DNA of 32,000 nt, taken from assembly GCF_000017845.1 (NCBI RefSeq), contig NC_010546.1, forward strand, positions 1,860,001 to 1,892,000. Reading direction: 5' to 3'. The DNA is from Crocosphaera subtropica ATCC 51142. GTDB taxonomy: Bacteria > Cyanobacteriota > Cyanobacteriia > Cyanobacteriales > Microcystaceae. Shown in pieces: positions 26,910 to 32,000 of this stretch (position 1 is the stretch's first letter; each line of letters opens with the position of its first letter). Made by a program: the position numbers and the translations under genes. Below the pieces are notes generated by a model, which did no database searches, was not told where the DNA came from, and saw only the letters and a list, made by a program, of their open reading frames with translations.

Positions 26910-26944
26910 TTCTTACTTTTAAGATTGATGTTCTTACTTTTAAG
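26910..26944. repeat. Two copies of the 14-bp AT-rich direct repeat TTCTTACTTTTAAG (21-bp period), a DUE-like element
   Basis: Copies at 26910-26923 and 26931-26944 inside a visibly AT-rich stretch. They lie about 60 bp upstream of the tandem DnaA boxes. Confidence 0.5.
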
Positions 26945-26999
26945 CAAAATTAGCTAATTTTTGAGATTAAACCAAGAAACCCTTGGAAAACCTTTAAAT

Positions 27000-27019
27000 T
27001 TTTCCACAGTTTTTCCACA
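27000..27019 (+). promoter_or_regulatory. Two tandem perfect DnaA boxes TTTTCCACA (27000-27008 and 27011-27019), 96 bp upstream of dnaN
   Basis: Exact 9-mers, head-to-tail with 11-bp spacing (one helical turn). They sit directly upstream of the dnaN start. Confidence 0.65.
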
Positions 27020-27114
27020 GCATTACGGGGAAACAGAAGAAAAATTTAAGTAATAAAGGGTCAATTTTACGTCAAAATACAATTGATCTACGTTTATCAG
27101 CTATTCAACCCTCT

Positions 27115-28296
27115 ATGAAATTCGTTTGTAGTCAAAGTGATCTCAATAGCAATTTATCTTTAGTCAGTCGGGCCGTTCCTTCTCGCCCTACCCATCCTAT
27201 TTTAGCCAATGTGTTAGTGATAGCCGATAGTCAAAAAAACCGAGTTAGCTTAACTGCATTCGACCTCAGTTTAGGCATTGAAACCAGTTTTAGTGCTGAT
27301 GTCAGCGAAGACGGCAAAATTACGTTACCCGCTAAACTTCTTAATGATATCGTATCACGACTGCCTGAAGGGGAAATTACCTTGATGGCCGAAGAAGCAG
27401 AAGACAATGACAGCCAAATTGTCGCCTTGAAATGTGCATCGGGACAGTTTCAGGTTAGGGCTATGGATGCAGAGGAGTTTCCCCCGTTACCCACAGTAGA
27501 AGAGGGAGAGTCTATACAGTTACCCATTATTATGTTAACCGAAGGCTTAAAAGGGGCTTTATTTGCAGCCAGTAGCGACGAAACAAAGCAAATATTGACT
27601 GGGGTTCATTTAACGGGAACCCCCGATAGTTTGGAATTTGCAGCTACTGATGGCCATCGTTTATCAGTAGTTGAAACCACTTTACCCCCCCAAACCGATG
27701 AGGATAATGAGGATGAGACAAGCAGTGAAATGCCTAATTTAGAAGGGTTTGCTGTAACCATTCCGGCGCGAGCTTTACGGGAGTTAGAACGGATGATCGG
27801 TAACCGCAGTGAGTCTGATGCGATCGCTTTACAAGTGGATGAAGCTCAAGTGGTGTTTCAATTGGGACATCAACGGTTAACGGTTCGTAAGTTAGATGGG
27901 GCTTATCCTAACTATCAAATGTTAATCCCAAAAGAGTTTACTCGCACCATTAGTTTAGAAAGAAAACGGTTATTAAGTAGTCTAGAAAGGGTAGCGGTTT
28001 TAGCGGATCAAAAAAACAATTTAGTGAAGTGTACTTTTAATCATGAAGAGGGACAGGTTTCCTTATCCGTTGAAACCCAAGATTTAGGCAGTGCCAAAGA
28101 ATCCATGCCGGCAGAAGTCACAGGAGAAAGTGGAGAAATTGCCTTTAATGTTAAATATTTAATGGATGGGTTAAAAGCGTTACCAACGAAAGAAATTAAA
28201 ATGCAGTTAAATGAAGGGAATCAACCAGTTATTTTTAATCCGTTAGGGGGTTTACAAATGACTTATTTAGTGATGCCAGTTCAGATTGTTAAGTAG
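27115..28296 (+). CDS. dnaN: DNA polymerase III beta sliding clamp
   Basis: 393-aa ORF of three-domain clamp length. Typical N-terminus MKFVCSQSDLNSNLSLVSRAV and C-terminal MTYLVMPVQI. Confidence 0.96.
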   Translation: MKFVCSQSDLNSNLSLVSRAVPSRPTHPILANVLVIADSQKNRVSLTAFDLSLGIETSFSADVSEDGKITLPAKLLNDIVSRLPEGEITLMAEEAEDNDSQIVALKCASGQFQVRAMDAEEFPPLPTVEEGESIQLPIIMLTEGLKGALFAASSDETKQILTGVHLTGTPDSLEFAATDGHRLSVVETTLPPQTDEDNEDETSSEMPNLEGFAVTIPARALRELERMIGNRSESDAIALQVDEAQVVFQLGHQRLTVRKLDGAYPNYQMLIPKEFTRTISLERKRLLSSLERVAVLADQKNNLVKCTFNHEEGQVSLSVETQDLGSAKESMPAEVTGESGEIAFNVKYLMDGLKALPTKEIKMQLNEGNQPVIFNPLGGLQMTYLVMPVQIVK

Positions 28297-28409
28297 TCTA
28301 CGATTTGATCCTTAATTTGCAATTTATAGAGGGAAGAGACAAGAAAGTTTTTATTATATCTTTTCTTCCCTACTACTTAAGACTAGGATTATAGCAATAA
28401 TTTTACAGA

Positions 28410-30167
28410 TCACTTATTATCAATCATCGATAGTTTTTTCATGTTGTCTTGTAACCAAAGTGCATCTTTTTTTCGGTCTGTTTGTAATTCTAACACACGA
28501 ATTCCTGTGGAGGGTAATGGATTTAATAATCGTTTTAGTTGTGTCCAATTTTTGATTAAAATATGTTCAACGTTATAAGTCGAGCATAATTGAGAAAAAT
28601 TAATATTTTGAGGAGTAGCAAAATAAGATTCAAACACAGATTCTTCTTTGGCGATCGGTAACATCTCAAAGATTCCTCCCCCATTATTATTAATTAAAAT
28701 GATAGTTAAATGACCTTGAAAATGCTGACGAATTAACCAGCCATTGGTATCGTGTAAAAGGGCTAAATCTCCTGTGATTAATAGACTACTTTTTGCTTTA
28801 TAAGCTACTCCTAAAGCTGTTGACAAAGTTCCTTCAATACCGTTGGCACCTCGATTAAAGTAAGGCATAAATTGACCTTTATTCGGCATCCAGAAAAATT
28901 CGGCATAACGTACTGGCATACTATTAGCGATAAAAATAGATGTTTTATCTTGTAAATTTTTAGATAAAATAAAAGGCAGTTTAGCCTCTATTAATTCATT
29001 GGTTTTATCAAGAGTCGTTTTGATATTTCGATTGATAATTTTGTTTATTTTTTTCCATTGCTGAAGATAAGATAAATCTTGTTTTCCAGGAATACATTGT
29101 TTGTTATATTCCATCTCTAAATCATGAATATCAGTCCGAATATAATAGGTATTATTATGAAGTGGATCAAGGCTATCAGGTCGACTATCAATGACCCAAT
29201 GTTGTACTTGATGATGGGTTAACCATTCTCGTAATTGTTTACTGGTAGGAAACTCTCCAATTTGAATAACAACATCAGGAACCAACTCATCAGCTAGTTT
29301 TTGATTACGAAGAAGGATATCATAAGTATTAATTAAATTGGGAAACCCTTGAGCATGATTCCTAAAAGGACATAATGCTTCTGCTAAGACTGGATAGTTT
29401 AATAAAGTGGATAAACGAAAAATTTGATTGCAGTATAAATCGGTATTATTAGAATTACCAACACCAGCAATAATGATTCCGTTGGCTTGAGATAACCAAT
29501 GGTTTAAATGATCATATAAATAATCAGTTCTTAAACGTTTTTTGTTACTTTCATAGATATTGAGAAAAAAATTATCAAAATTAACTTCAGTACATAAACT
29601 TGCAATATTGGGTTCAATAATAGGAGCTAAAGGTTCACGAAAAGGACAGTTTAAATGAACAATTCCCTTATAAGGAACTAGAGCATGATCCCAAGCAGCG
29701 ATAATTGTTTGTCGAAGATAAGATAACAATCTTATTTCTACGGAAGGTAAGGATAACTCTATATACCAATTACAATAATTTCCGTATAGTTTAACTTGAT
29801 CAATGGTTTGTCCTGCATGACAGTTTCTTAATTCTGGGGGACGATCAGCCGTGAAAATTAACAGAGGAACTTGACTTTCTTTCCCTTCAATCACCGCAGG
29901 ATAAAAATTAGCTCCTGCTGTTCCTGACGTGCAAATTAAAGCGACAGGAAGATGAGTTCGTTTAGCTATTCCTAACGCAAAAAAAGCAGCCGATCGCTCG
30001 TCTAAAATAGGGATAGTGTCAATCTTAGAGTGACTGGCAAAAGCAACCGTTAAAGGAGTTGAACGAGATCCAGGACAAATAACAGCAGTGGTTAAACCTA
30101 AACGAGATAATGTCTCTACAATAATAGAAGACCATAAAGTATTAATATTGCGAAAATCAAGCTGCAT
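28410..30167 (-). CDS. menD: 2-succinyl-5-enolpyruvyl-6-hydroxy-3-cyclohexene-1-carboxylate (SEPHCHC) synthase
   Basis: 585-aa ThDP enzyme with N-terminal PGSRSTPLT and the ThDP-binding motif GDLALLHDTNG...NNNGGGIFE. Confidence 0.92.
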   Translation of the reverse strand: MQLDFRNINTLWSSIIVETLSRLGLTTAVICPGSRSTPLTVAFASHSKIDTIPILDERSAAFFALGIAKRTHLPVALICTSGTAGANFYPAVIEGKESQVPLLIFTADRPPELRNCHAGQTIDQVKLYGNYCNWYIELSLPSVEIRLLSYLRQTIIAAWDHALVPYKGIVHLNCPFREPLAPIIEPNIASLCTEVNFDNFFLNIYESNKKRLRTDYLYDHLNHWLSQANGIIIAGVGNSNNTDLYCNQIFRLSTLLNYPVLAEALCPFRNHAQGFPNLINTYDILLRNQKLADELVPDVVIQIGEFPTSKQLREWLTHHQVQHWVIDSRPDSLDPLHNNTYYIRTDIHDLEMEYNKQCIPGKQDLSYLQQWKKINKIINRNIKTTLDKTNELIEAKLPFILSKNLQDKTSIFIANSMPVRYAEFFWMPNKGQFMPYFNRGANGIEGTLSTALGVAYKAKSSLLITGDLALLHDTNGWLIRQHFQGHLTIILINNNGGGIFEMLPIAKEESVFESYFATPQNINFSQLCSTYNVEHILIKNWTQLKRLLNPLPSTGIRVLELQTDRKKDALWLQDNMKKLSMIDNK

Positions 30168-30789
30168 TCTTTATTAATTAATAATTTCCTATTCGTTATC
30201 TATTATCCCTTGTTTAATTCGATGATAACGTTCAATTGTCCATTAATTGTTAATGTTTTTGTTGGAAGTTGTACTATAATTTGTTAGATTCTGATATACA
30301 TTTTTGTTTTTTTGTCAAGTAATGAGTGATTATACTTGGCTTTTGCTTAGTACAAATGGTCAAAATAATTCGTTAAAACAGCAATATTTTAGTTCATGAG
30401 GAACTTGGAATAACCAAATAATAGGGGTTGCAGATGCTATTTTAAAAATTAGACACACTGGCTACAGATTTTCATTCTTACTAATCATACCATAAACGCT
30501 TGACTTCGTTACTTATTGCGAATAATTCTTATCATTTGTCAAGAGCAGTAAACTTTCAATATTTTGTATTTTAAAAGTAAATCAAATCAATAATAATAAA
30601 AACTTATATAATGAGGCAATTTATCATTGTTTCAGGAAAATAGTTCACTTGTCTCTTCCATATTTAGTGTCTTGTGCTTAAGATTGTAGATCCAAACGCT
30701 ACATATAGAGCATGGCGAGTTAAGGGGTGAGTCACCTGTTGCCTTGCGTTATGAAGTTTGTGGGAATTCAATTGTCGGGAGAACAAAGT

Positions 30790-32000
30790 ATGAACCATCA
30801 ACAAGAATGGTTAAATAGTTGCGTTGACGAGCAACTAATCGAATTGAATGTGACTACCTTAGAAGGGATGTCCCCTTCGGAGCATTTATTATATTCTGAC
30901 GAGCTTCCCCGACGAAATGATGGCAGACTCAGTAACCATATTTTAAAGCGTTATGAACACACAGAACAAGGGGGTTGGTGGTGTTCAGGGGTTGACGTGA
31001 TCACAGGGGATGAAGACCTATGGGGATGTTTTAAACCCAAGCAACCACGACTGAGTTATGACCAGAAAAAGCTAATTAAATATGAACATCCACCCCAAAC
31101 CCCCACAGGCATTTTTGCCTTAAGAGTACCGTTGCATCTTTGGGCTAGTATGGCGCAACAGTATCATATTGAGTTTACCCTAGACAGGGTTGATCCGACT
31201 CAACCAGACGGAGGGTTTTGGCAATGGGTGATGGATCATCCTTCGATTCCCTTATGTATTACAGAAGGGGCTAAAAAAGCAGGAGCCTTGTTAAGTGCTG
31301 GATATGTAGCGATCGCCCTTCCTGGCATTAATAATGGCTATCGTACACCCAAAGATGAACAAGGAAATCGTCTCGGTAAATCTTATTTGATTCCTCAGTT
31401 AAAGAAGTTTACTAAGGGGAGACGAGAAATTTATATTACTTTCGACCAAGATAGTCAACCCCATACCATCAAAGCAGTTAATCAGGCCATGAGAAAGCTA
31501 GGTTATTTGTTAACTCAAACCGAATGCCAAGTTAAAGTGATCCATTGGAACCCAGAACAAGGAAAAGGGGTTGATGATCTTTTGAGCAATTATGGAAAAA
31601 AAGCATTTGATGACTGTTATCAAAAAGCTTTACCTTTGGAGATATGGAAAGCCAAAGAATTTACTCGGTTAACCTATGGAGCAAGTTTAGAAGTTAATCA
31701 TCGTTATCTTCCGAATTTAACCATTCCCGAAACGGCTAAATTAGTGGGGATAAAATCTGGTATTGGTACGGGAAAAACCGAAGGGTTAGGGAAAATTGTC
31801 AAACAGGCGATCGCCAACCATCAAAAAGTTTTAGTCATTGGACATCGTATTAAATTGGTTGAACAATTATGTCAACGGTTTGGACTCCCTTATATTACAG
31901 AAATCAATGAATATCCTCATCAGAAATGTTTAGGGTATGGATTATGTATTGACTCTCTCCACGAAAAGTCTCAGGCTAAATTTAATCCTAGTGACTGGCA
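30790..32000 (+). CDS. Partial (3'-truncated by the window) plasmid-type replicase/primase-helicase: DUF3854 Toprim-like domain followed by a P-loop NTPase (CyRepA-like)
   Basis: Manual translation shows the frame is open from 30724 to the window end. Candidate starts are ATG 30751 and ATG 30790. Toprim-like acidic residues occur in CITEGAKKAG (Glu 31264-31266), ITFDQDS (31441-31455) and GKGVDDLL. Walker A is GIKSGIGTGKTE (31759-31779). It is missing from the ORF track only because it has no stop in the window. Confidence 0.78.
   Translation, partial: MNHQQEWLNSCVDEQLIELNVTTLEGMSPSEHLLYSDELPRRNDGRLSNHILKRYEHTEQGGWWCSGVDVITGDEDLWGCFKPKQPRLSYDQKKLIKYEHPPQTPTGIFALRVPLHLWASMAQQYHIEFTLDRVDPTQPDGGFWQWVMDHPSIPLCITEGAKKAGALLSAGYVAIALPGINNGYRTPKDEQGNRLGKSYLIPQLKKFTKGRREIYITFDQDSQPHTIKAVNQAMRKLGYLLTQTECQVKVIHWNPEQGKGVDDLLSNYGKKAFDDCYQKALPLEIWKAKEFTRLTYGASLEVNHRYLPNLTIPETAKLVGIKSGIGTGKTEGLGKIVKQAIANHQKVLVIGHRIKLVEQLCQRFGLPYITEINEYPHQKCLGYGLCIDSLHEKSQAKFNPSDW

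Noticed and set aside
28297-28409. Possible bidirectional terminator between the convergent dnaN and menD (GGGAAGA...TCTTCCC)
   Set aside because: The stem is interrupted and no U-tract follows on either strand. I could not support it as a terminator.
1-32000. Search for rRNA, tRNA (T-loop GGTTCGAATCC-like) and CRISPR repeat-spacer periodicity
   Set aside because: I found no T-loop/acceptor pattern, no rRNA-like conserved blocks and no regularly spaced direct repeats of 25-40 bp. A by-eye scan can miss divergent tRNAs.

Overview
This is a chromosomal segment from a low-GC cyanobacterium. It looks Cyanothece/Crocosphaera-like from protein sequences as I recall them and from nine perfect HIP1 (GCGATCGC) palindromes, but the taxon is an inference. 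All homology calls come from reading the translated ORFs; no searches were run.

Gene layout:
- 26-5329 (minus strand): the rimP-nusA-ylxR-infB operon.
- 5.6-12.3 kb (minus): a squalene/phytoene-synthase-family gene, an 815-aa membrane protein combining NapH-like Cys motifs with EF-hands, a 97-aa hypothetical and comEC.
- 12.5-15.9 kb (plus): a histidine-kinase-like gene lacking the phospho-acceptor His, ndhO, mdh and a secreted hypothetical.
- 15.9-18.8 kb (minus): a Hanks Ser/Thr kinase followed by a NodB deacetylase.
- 18.8-19.6 kb: an 840-bp ORF-free spacer holding a candidate structured RNA.
- 19.6-25.9 kb (plus): a TPR-like protein, two mini membrane proteins, a NifU-Rieske fusion, an MddA-like methyltransferase, an orphan pstS, a CX5R phosphatase and rbsK.
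- 25.9-26.6 kb: a decayed IS transposase remnant.
- 26.6-27.1 kb: a DnaA-box/AT-repeat region upstream of dnaN.
- 28.4-30.2 kb (minus): menD.

At the right edge, an ORF that the track cannot show (it has no stop inside the window) encodes a plasmid-type Toprim + P-loop replicase (DUF3854/CyRepA-like).

The leads I rate highest are:
- the Rep-like gene lying close to a sparse oriC-like region that is flanked by an IS remnant;
- the candidate RNA at 19321-19501;
- the redox/Ca2+ fusion protein;
- the kinase-deacetylase pair;
- the His-less kinase.

I found no rRNA, tRNA or CRISPR array.
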